DNA from: an uncultured Planctomycetota bacterium | GTDB taxonomy: Bacteria; Planctomycetota; JAJSAM01; JAKLKS01 | Reading direction: 5' to 3' | Assembly (NCBI GenBank): GCA_964370855.1 | Contig: CAYJMF010000001.1 | Location: 71,905-131,166 of the forward strand | Length of the DNA stretch: 59,262 nt | Shown: piece by piece, positions 27,948 to 37,597 of the stretch | Position numbering within the stretch: position 1 is the stretch's first letter | Layout: every line of letters begins with the position of its first letter | Position numbers and translations under genes: made by a program | The notes under the pieces: model-generated | Seen by the model: the letters and a program-made list of their open reading frames with translations, nothing else | Told to the model about the DNA's origin: nothing | The model's database searches: none

Positions 27948-29741
27948 CTACTTCGACTTCGCGGGCACAGGCACCCGGAGGTCGGCCGCGGGGGCCTCCA
28001 CGACGCCGAGATCGACGACCCCATCCCCGATCCAAGCCGAGAGCCGCACCTTCCCCGGCGCGAGCCCCCCGATCCGGAAGGCCCCGTCCTCCGCGCAGGG
28101 GAACACCTCGCCGCCCCCCGCCGCGATCCACGCGGCCCGCACCGGACGCCCCTCGGCATCGATCAGGCGCCCGGCGAGCGCAGCCCCCCGCCGGGCAACG
28201 AGTCTCACGCCGCCTTCCCCCGGGAGGAACTCGTGCTCGTCGGGTGTCGGAAGGAAGGCGGAGGCGCCGCCGCCCGCCGTCAGGACCACGCTCATCTCCG
28301 CCATGTCCTCCAGGGAGAAGGTGCCGTCCTCCGCGGTCGTCGCGCGCCGATGGCCGCCGGGCTCCCCCTCGGCCAGGCCGGTGGCCACGGACTCCACCGG
28401 GACTCCGGGCCCGACCGGGCGGCCCTCCTCGTCCACCACGGTCCCCGTGATTCCCCTCCCGCGCCGCACGCGGATCAGGACGTCCCTGCTCCCGGCCCGC
28501 ACCCCTCGTGCGGCCCCGGACCCCAACCCCTGGCCGCGGAAGAGGACGATGTCGTAGAGGCCCTTGGGGTCCAGGGGCACCGTCGTGAAACGACCGTCCT
28601 GGTGGAGGGTGGCCTTGAGCCCGAGGGAGGATCCCCGGAGGGGCCCGTCGGCCAGGTTGACGTACATGGGGTTGTCGGCATCGGGATGGTAGGGCCGCCC
28701 CTCCTCGTCGACGGCGGTCCCGGTGATGGTCACGACCCGGGACACCCGCACGACGACGTCGGAACTGCCCGCCGCCACCCGATCCACCCCTGCGCCCACG
28801 TAGCGGGCGTTGGCGTTCTTCTCCTTCTTGTCCCCTCCCCCGAACTTGCTCATCCAGTCGCCCCGCTCCGCCTTCGCACCGGCGGCCACGCCGTAGAGAC
28901 CCTCGGTCAGGCCGTCCAGCCGGAACGACCCGTCGGGTCCGGTGACCGCGCCCCGGCCCCAGCCCCCGGACTCCCCGCCCGAGGCGCTCTGCCCCTTGAG
29001 CCCCACCGAGATGCCCGCGACCGGTTCGCCGAGGTCATCCACCACCCGGCCCGAGATCGAGAGACCCCGGCTCATGCGCACTTCCAGGCCGGTCCGCCCG
29101 GCCGCGACGTCCGGGAGGCGCTTCTCGAGGTAGTCCGTCCGGTATCCCTTGTCGAGGTCCTCGACGGGACCGCCGGAGAGTCCCCCGAACCGGAGCACCC
29201 AGCGCCCCGGAAGGAGTCCCGTGAGGCGGAAGCGCCCCTGCGCGTCGGTGGGCTCCTCCAGCAGGGTGACCCACCCGCCGTCGTAGGCGCCCCCGTACCA
29301 GAGGGACAGTCCCGCCACCGGCTCCCCCGTCGTCTCGTCCAGGCACCGGCCGGAGATCTCCCGGAGGCCCGGCACGCGCACGGTCACTCCCTCCGCCCCG
29401 GGACGCGTGCGCACCCAGGCCTCCCGCATCCCCTCGAAAGAGGCGACCACCCAGCAGTCCCCCGCGCCAAGCCCCTCGACCCGGAACCGCCCCTCGGAAT
29501 CGGCGCGGACCTTCGTGCGGTTCCAGACGGGGACCCGGTCGCCGGGGTCCCCGGGCCGCGCGACCGCGGGAGGGGTGAACTCGGCGGGCGGCTCCGGCTC
29601 GCCGTCCTTCGCGGGGAGGACGAGGACCGCGGCGTTCCCGACGGGGTTCCCCGCCTCGTCCACGACCGCCCCCTCGAGGACGCTCCCCTCCGGCGCCGCG
29701 GCGCCGAGGAGCATCGCCGCCGCCAGGAGGGCTCCCTTCAT
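27948..29741 (-). CDS. Exported carboxypeptidase-regulatory-like repeat protein (597 aa)
   Basis: Signal peptide MKGALLAAAMLLGAAA; GxVVDExGxPV...DGxF repeats. Confidence 0.85.
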   Translation of the reverse strand: MKGALLAAAMLLGAAAPEGSVLEGAVVDEAGNPVGNAAVLVLPAKDGEPEPPAEFTPPAVARPGDPGDRVPVWNRTKVRADSEGRFRVEGLGAGDCWVVASFEGMREAWVRTRPGAEGVTVRVPGLREISGRCLDETTGEPVAGLSLWYGGAYDGGWVTLLEEPTDAQGRFRLTGLLPGRWVLRFGGLSGGPVEDLDKGYRTDYLEKRLPDVAAGRTGLEVRMSRGLSISGRVVDDLGEPVAGISVGLKGQSASGGESGGWGRGAVTGPDGSFRLDGLTEGLYGVAAGAKAERGDWMSKFGGGDKKEKNANARYVGAGVDRVAAGSSDVVVRVSRVVTITGTAVDEEGRPYHPDADNPMYVNLADGPLRGSSLGLKATLHQDGRFTTVPLDPKGLYDIVLFRGQGLGSGAARGVRAGSRDVLIRVRRGRGITGTVVDEEGRPVGPGVPVESVATGLAEGEPGGHRRATTAEDGTFSLEDMAEMSVVLTAGGGASAFLPTPDEHEFLPGEGGVRLVARRGAALAGRLIDAEGRPVRAAWIAAGGGEVFPCAEDGAFRIGGLAPGKVRLSAWIGDGVVDLGVVEAPAADLRVPVPAKSK

Positions 29742-29803
29742 CCGGGGGATTCTAAACCGGCGGGACCTGGAAGTCAGGCGCCGTCGGATCCGATCCCGGG
29801 CCT

Positions 29804-30715
29804 CTACTCGAACCAGGTGTCGTCATCCGGCACCGAGGGGCGGACGCGGAGCCTCGGCATCTCCTTCACCTCCATGGGGATGACGCCGCGGGGTTCGAAC
29901 TGGAGGTGGGGGCCGATGTCATGCTTCGGCAGGCGGGCCAGGAGATCGGGGGGCAGGGAGAACCAGCGGGCGGGCGCCGGGTAGGCGAAGCAGTCCGAGG
30001 AGATGTAGACGACCGTGCGGTGTGCGGGATCGTGCCGGACCAGCCACAGGTGTTCCCCCGGCAACGCATCGATGTCGGAACTCCGGACCACGCGGGCCAG
30101 GACGTAGCCGTCGGTCGCCTGCGCCTCGAGGTGGCGACGGAGGGCGCGCTCGAAACTCCGGATCAACTCCTCCGGCGGGATCGGCTCAACACGGCAAAGG
30201 GGTATGTCATAATCGCTACGACCGATCGGCTACTTCTCCTTGATTTCGCCATATACCTGAAATATCGGCACATTGTCCACTATCCACCTACCCGGCTCTA
30301 CGGACGACCTCCATCTCAATTCTCCCCAGTGAGCCGAGTCAGACACGCGAGAATACTCACCCCATGCTTCACCATCAGGAGGGTCGCTAATCACCCAGAA
30401 TTTCACTGACACTCGCCCGGCATGCAGGTCTTCTACGCAAAGGCTCTCGACCAGATCCTGCAATAGAGAATCTCCCCCCTGCGGGGCAGACAGAAGGGTG
30501 ACATTTATCTCCAAGCCATCAGGAACTCTTGCACGAGCAACCGAAAGCACGTTCCCTCCACCTTTCCTTGCGCCAACACCCCTTTTCACTCCACTCCCGG
30601 TTCCTGGACTCTGAGCCCCTCCTGGCTCCTCCACCCCAGTCCCCAGGTATGCCCAAGCCGCAATAGCGACTATCACACCCACTCCACCTCCAGCCACCAT
30701 TGTCGAATTTCGCAT
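29804..30715 (-). pseudogene. Membrane-anchored hypothetical gene interrupted by one in-frame TAG (30230-30232)
   Basis: Track ORFs 30230..30715 and 29804..30166 are in the same frame: ...GEIKEK*PIGRSDYDIPLCRVEPIPPEELIRSFE...; AGGAGGGAG before ATG 30715; N-terminal TM. Confidence 0.5.
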
Positions 30716-30870
30716 CTCCCTCCTGTCTCAGCCAACTCACGCTCGCCACCAGCGCATTGGAGCCCCACAATTCGGACTCGCACTCACGTACCCGCACGGG
30801 CGACTCCGGAAGGGTATTCCTCCTGGCGGACCTAGTCAATACCGCCCGGCGTCCGTTCGGAACTCCTCCC

Positions 30871-31758
30871 CTACACCACCCCCGCCATCCCCCCCACGAG
30901 GGCCGCGACGAAGGCCGCCCTCGCGGCCGGGGGAACGCCGACGCGGGCGAGGCAGTGCAGCGACCAGGTCAGGGCCAGGGCGCGGCAGGGGTTGGAGGGG
31001 CCGAGGAGGAGGGCCCAGCCGGCGGCGGAGACGGCGAGGTCCCACGCCGCGGCCCCGCCGCGGCGATGGGAGGCGATCTCCATGCCGGCGGCCGCGGCGG
31101 CGACGGCGGCGAGGAGACCGAGCACGGGGAGACGGAGCCATCCCGGGCCGGCCTCGGCGGCGACGACGAACCAGGCTTCGGGCACCGGGCGGGCACCGGA
31201 GAGCGTCTGGAGGAGACCGTCGGCGCCTCCCGCGGCGACGAAGAGGAGCGCGCCGAGGAGGAGAAGCCCCGCGGCACGCATTGCGCCTGGGCGCGGAGGC
31301 GAAGCCGCGGTCCGCGGTCGATCGCGACAGGAGAAGAGGAGCAGGGCCGCGGCCAACGCGCAGGCGATCGCGTAGGCGGCGGCGCCGCTGCAGCCGAGGA
31401 GGACGGCGCCGATCCCTCCGGCGTGGCCGAGGAGCGCCGCGGCGGGGATGCGGAGCGTCGGCGTCCAATCCCGCTCCTCCTCCTCCCCCTCCTCCTCCCC
31501 CCCTCCCCGCCCCGCGAGAAGCGCGGAGCCGACGGCCCCCGCCACGAGCACCGACAGGAGGAGCACCGCCGCCGCCGCGGGGGCGGCCGCGTCCACGACC
31601 CCGAGGGCGGCGATCCCCCGGTGGGAGGCCGCCGTGGAATCGGCGATGGCCCGCGCCGCGTCGGAGAGCGCGCCGTCCCGCGGGAGGCCGAGCGCCTGGA
31701 CCGCGATCACCTGGAGGATCGCCAGCACTCCCGGGAGCGCGGCCGGGCGGCGGCCCAA
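30871..31758 (-). CDS. Polytopic membrane protein, hypothetical (295 aa)
   Basis: Several hydrophobic segments; the TTG start lies 3 nt past the stop of the upstream gene. Confidence 0.55.
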   Translation of the reverse strand: MGRRPAALPGVLAILQVIAVQALGLPRDGALSDAARAIADSTAASHRGIAALGVVDAAAPAAAAVLLLSVLVAGAVGSALLAGRGGGEEEGEEEERDWTPTLRIPAAALLGHAGGIGAVLLGCSGAAAYAIACALAAALLLFSCRDRPRTAASPPRPGAMRAAGLLLLGALLFVAAGGADGLLQTLSGARPVPEAWFVVAAEAGPGWLRLPVLGLLAAVAAAAAGMEIASHRRGGAAAWDLAVSAAGWALLLGPSNPCRALALTWSLHCLARVGVPPAARAAFVAALVGGMAGVV

Positions 31759-31761
31759 GGG

Positions 31762-34719
31762 CTACTTCCCCTTGACGCGCCGGGTCGTCGTGTGGAGCCG
31801 GTCCTTCTCCCGCACCGTGGATGCGATCACCCACCGTCCCGAGCGGAGGAGATCGTCGAAGAGCCGCTCGAACTCCCGCCACCCCTCCTCGTGGGCCTCG
31901 ATCCGCTCCGGGTCCGGCGGTCCCCCCCGCGACCGGAGGGAGAGCCGCGCCAGGCCCGGCGCCAGGGGACGGGAGTAGAGCGACAGGCAGTCGGCGAAGC
32001 CGTCGGCGCGGGAGACGAAGAGCCCCGCGCACTCCGCCGGGAGGACGTCGGCGGGCAGTTCCCGGGCCATCCGCTCCGCGAGGGTCCCGGCCGCGCCGGA
32101 CCTCGCCGCCGCGAGGCCCTCCCCCACGGGAAGGGAGGTCGTGAGGAAGACGAGGTCGTCCCGCCGCACCAGCGCCATCCCCGCGGTCAGGAGATCCCCC
32201 CGGGGCCCCTCGGGCCAGGTGACGCGGAGGATCGCCACGGGACGCCCCTCCACCGCCGTCCGCTCGACCTCCACCTCCACGGGCCGCGGCCCCTGCCGGC
32301 GGTCGTACAGCCTCCGGCGCACCACGAAGGGGACCCGCTCCTCGGCGGCCGCGGCGATCTCGTCGAAGAGGCCGGCCAGGGCGTCGAAGGCGGCCCCGGG
32401 CCGGGCGTAGGCGGCGAACATCACCAGGGCGGGAATCCGGTCGATCATGTCCTGGGTCCCGCGGAGGACGTCCGCGTTCCCCGGCGCAGGCGCCGCGAGC
32501 GCCACGCCCGCCTCGCCCTTCACGTCGAGGATGAGCGCGTCGAGCCTCCCCTCGAGGTCCTCCTCACCCAGGGGGATTCCCCCGCGCAGCTCGTCCCATC
32601 GCTCCCGGCCCCCGGGGAGCCCACGGAGGAAGGCCGCGATGGCCGCCTCGGCGGCGGGGCGCACGTCGGCGCGCTCCTCCATGAGGAGGAAGGTGCCCGC
32701 GGGCAGGACCCCCGGCACGGCGGGGGCCGCCGGGTCCATGGAGATCAGGGGGCGGGCCCTGTCCGCGGCGGGGTCGAGGAGGGCCACCGACTCCGACGGG
32801 CGGGAGGGGTCGGCGTAGCCGGCGGCCATGGTGGCGCGGACCCCCTTCCCCCAGGCGACGGCCTCGCGCAGCGCGGCCAGGGTCCCCTCGAGGATCTCCC
32901 CCGGCTCCGGGTCGGGGATCCCCCCCATGAGCTCCCGGAGCTGGCCGCCGGTCCCCTCGACCATCCCCCGGAGGAGTTCCGCGGGGCGTGCGAAATCCAG
33001 GGACGTCGCGCCCGCGGGCACCGCCGCGAGGGCCTCGACGTAGAGCGGGTCGGCGGATAGCGGCTCGACGGTGCCCGCCGCCACGCCGCGGAGCTCGTCG
33101 TAGATCCCCTCGCCCATGGTGAACCAGAGGGCCCCCCCCGCGAGGACGATGGCGGGCTCCATGCCCTGGAGGTGGGAGAGCATCCCCTCGAGCCCGGGGC
33201 CCGGCCCCTCTCCGCGCTCCCTGCTCTCCTCGAGGAGGCGCGTCAGCCGGAACCTCCAGGCGAGGAAGCCCGGCTCCGCCACCCGCTCGAGGGGCGGCGT
33301 CCCCTCCCGGATCCACCGGCCCTGCTTCTCCACCAGGAGATCGAGGGCCGCCGCCACGAGGAAGGATTCGAGGGGGCCGAACCGCATCCCCGCGACGGAC
33401 TCCACGCGGATGGAGTCCCCGTCCATCGTCTTCTGCCCGAAGCAGAGGGAGGCGCCCCGGGAGAGGAGAGCCCGGTCCACGGCCCCGTTGAAGAGGGCGG
33501 CCAGGAGCTCCCCGTCCCGGGGGAGCCGGCCGAGGATCTCGTCCCCGGGGGCGGCGCCGTCGCCGAGGGCGTCCTCGAGGATCCGCCGCAGGCGCGGTCC
33601 GTCCCGGAGGAGGGCGTCGGCCTCCTTCCAGATCCGCTTCGCCCGGAACTCCTCGACGTCGGCGAGGAGCGCGGCCCGGGAGGTTCCGGCCGGCGGGGAG
33701 GCCGTCATCCAGGCGCGGGACATCCCGGCCGGGAGCGCGCCGGCCCAGGGGCCGGCCTCCTCCCCCCGCGGTCCGAAGGAGGCGCGCACGTCGAAGTCCT
33801 GGCCCCCGGGAATGCGCACGGCGCACAGGGCGACGGCCTTCTCGCCGGGGGCGAGGACGAAGCCGTGGGCGAGGTAGTCGTCCAGCGGCTTCAGCTTCGC
33901 GTCCCAGCGGGCGAACTGCTGTTCCCGCCGCACGAAGAATGCGAGGCCGACCTCCTCCCAGTTCTCCGGCACGGCCTTCCGGAAGACGGGGTCGGCCGCC
34001 AGCGACGGCCCGGGATCGGCGGCCCCGGCCGCGGCGCCACCGGCGGCGCTCGACGCGAGCCGCCCGAGGGCCGTCCCGAGGACCGCCTCGTCGTCGGCCA
34101 CGAAGAGGTAGCCGCCGCCGACGCCGTAGAGGACCCGGCCGAGCCTCCCCCCCTCCTCGGCGAAGGCCGGGTAGCCGTGGATCTCCGGGGGGTCGTGGCG
34201 CCGGGCCACGCCGCCCAGCTTCTGGCGGAGCAGCTCCATGGCGGCCTCGCCGGGGAGCTTCACGACCAGGAGCATCCGGGGGCGGCCCCCGTCGGCGGCG
34301 GGGAGGAGGCCGAAGGCGGTGTACCGCCCGTAGGTCTCGAAGAACTGCCGCGTGTCGGGCCGGTGGCCGAGGCGGGCCTCGGCCCCGTCCATGGCCCGTT
34401 CGAACTCCCCGACGGCCTCCTCCAGCGCGGGGGGGAGGCTCCCCCGCTCCCGGGCGCGATCCCACTCCCCGCGGACGAGGTGCCAGGCGGCGGTGGGCTC
34501 GACCCGCTTCCACCACTCCTCGACCGCGTTCCAGGATTCGTCCATGCGGTGGGCGGCGGCGAAGAGCAGCGTGTCGGCGGGGAAGAGGTCGGGGGCGGCC
34601 ACGGGGACGGGGGTGAAGGTGCGCTCCACCGTCTGCTTGACCCGTCGGAGGTACAGCCCCGAGGCCGCGGCGGCGATCACCGCGGCGACGAGAACGGAGA
34701 TCCCGATCCGCCCCTTCAT
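31762..34719 (-). CDS. Large membrane-anchored protein, DUF3352-like (985 aa)
   Basis: GAGGAGG SD; N-terminal TM; repeated P-A-x-T-hydrophobic starts (FPADTLLF, LPAGTFLL) and L-x-ADP-x-F/Y motifs suggest a tandem duplication. Confidence 0.65.
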   Translation of the reverse strand: MKGRIGISVLVAAVIAAAASGLYLRRVKQTVERTFTPVPVAAPDLFPADTLLFAAAHRMDESWNAVEEWWKRVEPTAAWHLVRGEWDRARERGSLPPALEEAVGEFERAMDGAEARLGHRPDTRQFFETYGRYTAFGLLPAADGGRPRMLLVVKLPGEAAMELLRQKLGGVARRHDPPEIHGYPAFAEEGGRLGRVLYGVGGGYLFVADDEAVLGTALGRLASSAAGGAAAGAADPGPSLAADPVFRKAVPENWEEVGLAFFVRREQQFARWDAKLKPLDDYLAHGFVLAPGEKAVALCAVRIPGGQDFDVRASFGPRGEEAGPWAGALPAGMSRAWMTASPPAGTSRAALLADVEEFRAKRIWKEADALLRDGPRLRRILEDALGDGAAPGDEILGRLPRDGELLAALFNGAVDRALLSRGASLCFGQKTMDGDSIRVESVAGMRFGPLESFLVAAALDLLVEKQGRWIREGTPPLERVAEPGFLAWRFRLTRLLEESRERGEGPGPGLEGMLSHLQGMEPAIVLAGGALWFTMGEGIYDELRGVAAGTVEPLSADPLYVEALAAVPAGATSLDFARPAELLRGMVEGTGGQLRELMGGIPDPEPGEILEGTLAALREAVAWGKGVRATMAAGYADPSRPSESVALLDPAADRARPLISMDPAAPAVPGVLPAGTFLLMEERADVRPAAEAAIAAFLRGLPGGRERWDELRGGIPLGEEDLEGRLDALILDVKGEAGVALAAPAPGNADVLRGTQDMIDRIPALVMFAAYARPGAAFDALAGLFDEIAAAAEERVPFVVRRRLYDRRQGPRPVEVEVERTAVEGRPVAILRVTWPEGPRGDLLTAGMALVRRDDLVFLTTSLPVGEGLAAARSGAAGTLAERMARELPADVLPAECAGLFVSRADGFADCLSLYSRPLAPGLARLSLRSRGGPPDPERIEAHEEGWREFERLFDDLLRSGRWVIASTVREKDRLHTTTRRVKGK

Positions 34720-34797
34720 GCCCCCTCCTCCCCGCCGCCCGCGCGCCGCCGGAAGGGTGGAGGGTAGGGGACCGGCGCGGGGGAAGTCAAGGGGGCT

Positions 34798-34822
34798 ATA
34801 GTATCACTTTATGATACTATCA
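34798..34822. promoter_or_regulatory. AT-rich operator-like palindrome
   Basis: ATAGTATCA-CTTTA-TGATACTAT (perfect 9-5-9) in the divergent intergenic region of otherwise very GC-rich DNA. Confidence 0.5.
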
Positions 34823-34919
34823 CAGCGGGGCTCCGGCCCCGCCCGGTTCCCCGCTTTCTTCGCCGACGTCGGCGCCGTGCGGTGGCCGACGCCGGACGGC
34901 GTGTCCGGAGGGAAGGACC

Positions 34920-34972
34920 GTCGACCGGGGATTGACCGCGCCTTGACCTCGGGTTGGGTCCCCCTTCACCCC
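34920..34972 (+). promoter_or_regulatory. PHO-box-like 11-bp-periodic direct repeats upstream of ptxA
   Basis: TCGACC 34921, TTGACC 34932, TTGACC 34943, (TTGGGT 34954), TTCACC 34965, with exact 11-bp spacing as for PhoB/PhoP/SphR sites. Confidence 0.65.
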
Positions 34973-35003
34973 GGCGGGGCATCCTCCCCGCCATGGTGTT
35001 CGC

Positions 35004-35852
35004 ATGACGGGCCCGCCCTTCCTCCGCCTGGAGAACGTCTCGGTCGCCTTCCCCGGAGGGCATACCGCGCTCCGGTCCGTCACCGCAACGGTGGCCCGCG
35101 GGGAGCGCGCGATCCTGCTCGGGAGGAGCGGGGCGGGGAAGTCGACCCTGCTCCGCTGCCTGAACCTCCTCCAGCGCCCGACGGAGGGCCGCGTCCACGT
35201 CGCGGACCTGGGGGACCTCGACGCCAGGGACGCCCTGCGCGAGCACCGCCGGCGCACGGGGATGGTCTTCCAGGACCACCACCTCATCGGCCGAAGGACG
35301 GCGCTCCAGAACGTCCTCACGGGGCGGCTGGGATTCCATTCCTCTCTCCGGTCCCTGCTCCCGATGCCCGCGGCGGACGTGCGGCTGGCCATGGAGTGCC
35401 TCGATCGGGTGGGCCTCGCCGACAAGGCCCTCCGCCGCGTCGATCGCATGAGCGGGGGCGAGCGTCAGCGCGTGGGGATCGCGAGGGCCCTCGTCCAGGG
35501 GCCCCGGCTCCTCCTCGCGGACGAGCCCGTGGCGAGCCTCGATCCCGCGACGGCGGAGCAGGTCCTGGACCTCCTGGTCAGGATCTGCCGCGAGGACGGC
35601 CTGACGGCGGTCCTGAGCCTCCACCAGGTGGACCTGGCGCGAACGTACGGCGAGCGGATCCTCGGCCTGGCCCGCGGGGAGATCGTCTTCGACGGTCCCC
35701 CCTCGGACCTCGCCGAGGCGCCGCTTCGGCGCATCTACCGGGGCGCCGCGGAAGGCGGGACGGGAGTCCCGCCTTCGATCCGCGGTGCCGCCGGGAAGGC
35801 CTCGGAGTCCGGAAGGAGAGTGCATGATGGGGTGGCGATCGGGGTTGATTAG
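35004..35852 (+). CDS. ptxA: Phosphite ABC transporter ATP-binding protein (PhnC family)
   Basis: GRSGAGKST, MSGGERQRVGIARAL, LLADEPVASLDP, SLHQVDLA; first gene of the operon ending in ptxD. Confidence 0.88.
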   Translation: MTGPPFLRLENVSVAFPGGHTALRSVTATVARGERAILLGRSGAGKSTLLRCLNLLQRPTEGRVHVADLGDLDARDALREHRRRTGMVFQDHHLIGRRTALQNVLTGRLGFHSSLRSLLPMPAADVRLAMECLDRVGLADKALRRVDRMSGGERQRVGIARALVQGPRLLLADEPVASLDPATAEQVLDLLVRICREDGLTAVLSLHQVDLARTYGERILGLARGEIVFDGPPSDLAEAPLRRIYRGAAEGGTGVPPSIRGAAGKASESGRRVHDGVAIGVD

Positions 35853-36759
35853 CGCGGCCGCGCTCGCGGCCGTCGTCGCGACGGTCGCGGTGTCCGGGTG
35901 CGGCGGGGAGACGGCGTCCCCGGTGCCCGCGAGGGGCGGAGCGAAGCCCGAACCGGAGGCGCCGAAGTCGCGGGACCCGGAGATGCTCCGCGTCGCCCTC
36001 CTCCCCGACGAGAACGCCTCCAAGCTGATCCAGGACAACCAGGGGCTCAAGACCTACCTGGAGAAGGCGCTGGGGAAGAAGGTGGAACTGCACGTCCTCA
36101 CCTCCTACGCGGCCATGGTCGAGGCCACGCGCAACAAGCACCTCGACCTCTGCTACTTCGGTCCGCTCTCCTACTGCATCGCGAAGGACCGGTGCGACAT
36201 CGAGTGCTTCGCCGCCAAGGTCAAGAACGGGGTCACGACCTACCAGTCCGTGGTCATCACGAACCCCGCCTCGGGAATCGAGAAGGTGGAGGACATCCGC
36301 GGCAAGCGGATGGCCTACGGGGACCAGGCGTCCACCTCGAGCCACCTCATCCCCAAGGGGGTCCTCGCGGCCCGCGGGGTGAAGCCGGGGGACTACCAGG
36401 AGTCCTTCCTCGGGAAGCACGACGCCGTGGCGCTGAACGTGATGCGCGGGAACGTGGACGCCGGGGGGCTCAGCAAGCCCATCTTCGAAGGGCTGCTGGA
36501 GAGGGGGACCATCGACCGCACGAAGGTGAAGGTCCTGGCCGAGTCCGACCCCATCCCCGACTACCCGTGGGCCATGCAGTCGGATCTCGAACCCGCGCTC
36601 AAGGCGAAGATCCGGGAGGCGTTCTACGGCCTGAAGGACGAGGCCATCCTCAAGCCGCTCAAGGCCGACGGCTTCGCGCCGATGGAGGACCGCAACTACG
36701 ACATCATCCGGAACGCGGCGAAGATCCTGAACCTGGACCTGGGGAAGCTGGAGAACTGA
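35824..36759 (+). CDS. ptxB: Phosphite-binding lipoprotein (PhnD family, 311 aa)
   Basis: AAGGAG before ATG 35824; lipobox VSGC; LRVALLPDENAS, YFGPLSY, ASTSSHLIPK, HDAVA and YPWAM as in PtxB. Confidence 0.9.
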   Translation: MMGWRSGLISAAALAAVVATVAVSGCGGETASPVPARGGAKPEPEAPKSRDPEMLRVALLPDENASKLIQDNQGLKTYLEKALGKKVELHVLTSYAAMVEATRNKHLDLCYFGPLSYCIAKDRCDIECFAAKVKNGVTTYQSVVITNPASGIEKVEDIRGKRMAYGDQASTSSHLIPKGVLAARGVKPGDYQESFLGKHDAVALNVMRGNVDAGGLSKPIFEGLLERGTIDRTKVKVLAESDPIPDYPWAMQSDLEPALKAKIREAFYGLKDEAILKPLKADGFAPMEDRNYDIIRNAAKILNLDLGKLEN

Positions 36760-36784
36760 GGCCCCGTCGGCGCCCGGACAGACC

Positions 36785-37597
36785 ATGGCCACCGCTCTCG
36801 CCGCCGCCCAGGAGGAGGTCCTCGCCGACCGCAGCCGCAGCGCGCGGGTCCGCGGCGGCCAGGCCGGGTTCATCCTGGCCGTCGTGGCCCTCAGCCTGTG
36901 GTACGGCGGGTTCTTCGACCCGGCGCGCTACGCGAAGGGCGCCGAGGGCATGATCCAGATCGTGTTCCGCGAGGGGATGCCCCCCGACTTCCGCCGCGCC
37001 CCGGCGTGGATCCGCCCCCTCGTCGACACCGTGGCGATGAGCATCGGTGGGACGGCGCTCTGCGTCGTCCTCTCCTTCGGGCTGGCCTTCCTGGCGGCGC
37101 GCAACACCTCGCCCCACCCGGTCGTCTACGCGGCCACCCGGTTCCTCCTGAACGCCATGCGGGCGGTGCCGGAGCTCATCCTGGGCATCCTGATCCTCGC
37201 CTGCGTGGGTCTCGGGATCCTGCCGGGCATCCTCGCGCTGGGGCTCCACTCGGCGGGGATGGTCGGGAAGTTCTACGCGGAGGCCATCGAGCACGCCGAT
37301 CCCGCGCCCATCGAGGCCGTCCGCGCCTGCGGCGGCACCAACCTCCAGGTCCTCTGGCACGGCGTCCTGCCCCAGGTCCTCCCGCAGATGGCCGACGTCT
37401 CCTTCTACCGGTGGGAGTTCAACTTCCGCGCCTCGACCGTGATGGGGATGGTCGGCTGCGGCGGGATCGGGTTCGAGCTCCACGCCGCCCTCAACCTCAT
37501 GGCGTACCGGGAGGTCACGGCGCTCCTCCTCGTGGTCCTCGCCTGCGTCTCCCTCGTGGACGTGCTCAGCTCCGCGGTGCGCCGCCGGTTCCAGTGA
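36785..37597 (+). CDS. ptxC: Phosphite ABC transporter permease (PhnE family)
   Basis: FLAARNTSPHP, GMVGKFYAEAIEH, YRWEFNFRASTVMGMVG.GGIG. Confidence 0.9.
   Translation: MATALAAAQEEVLADRSRSARVRGGQAGFILAVVALSLWYGGFFDPARYAKGAEGMIQIVFREGMPPDFRRAPAWIRPLVDTVAMSIGGTALCVVLSFGLAFLAARNTSPHPVVYAATRFLLNAMRAVPELILGILILACVGLGILPGILALGLHSAGMVGKFYAEAIEHADPAPIEAVRACGGTNLQVLWHGVLPQVLPQMADVSFYRWEFNFRASTVMGMVGCGGIGFELHAALNLMAYREVTALLLVVLACVSLVDVLSSAVRRRFQ

Noticed and set aside
35004..37597. phnCDE phosphonate / C-P lyase locus
   Set aside because: No phnG-M genes; the binding-protein motifs and the adjacent ptxD indicate phosphite transport.
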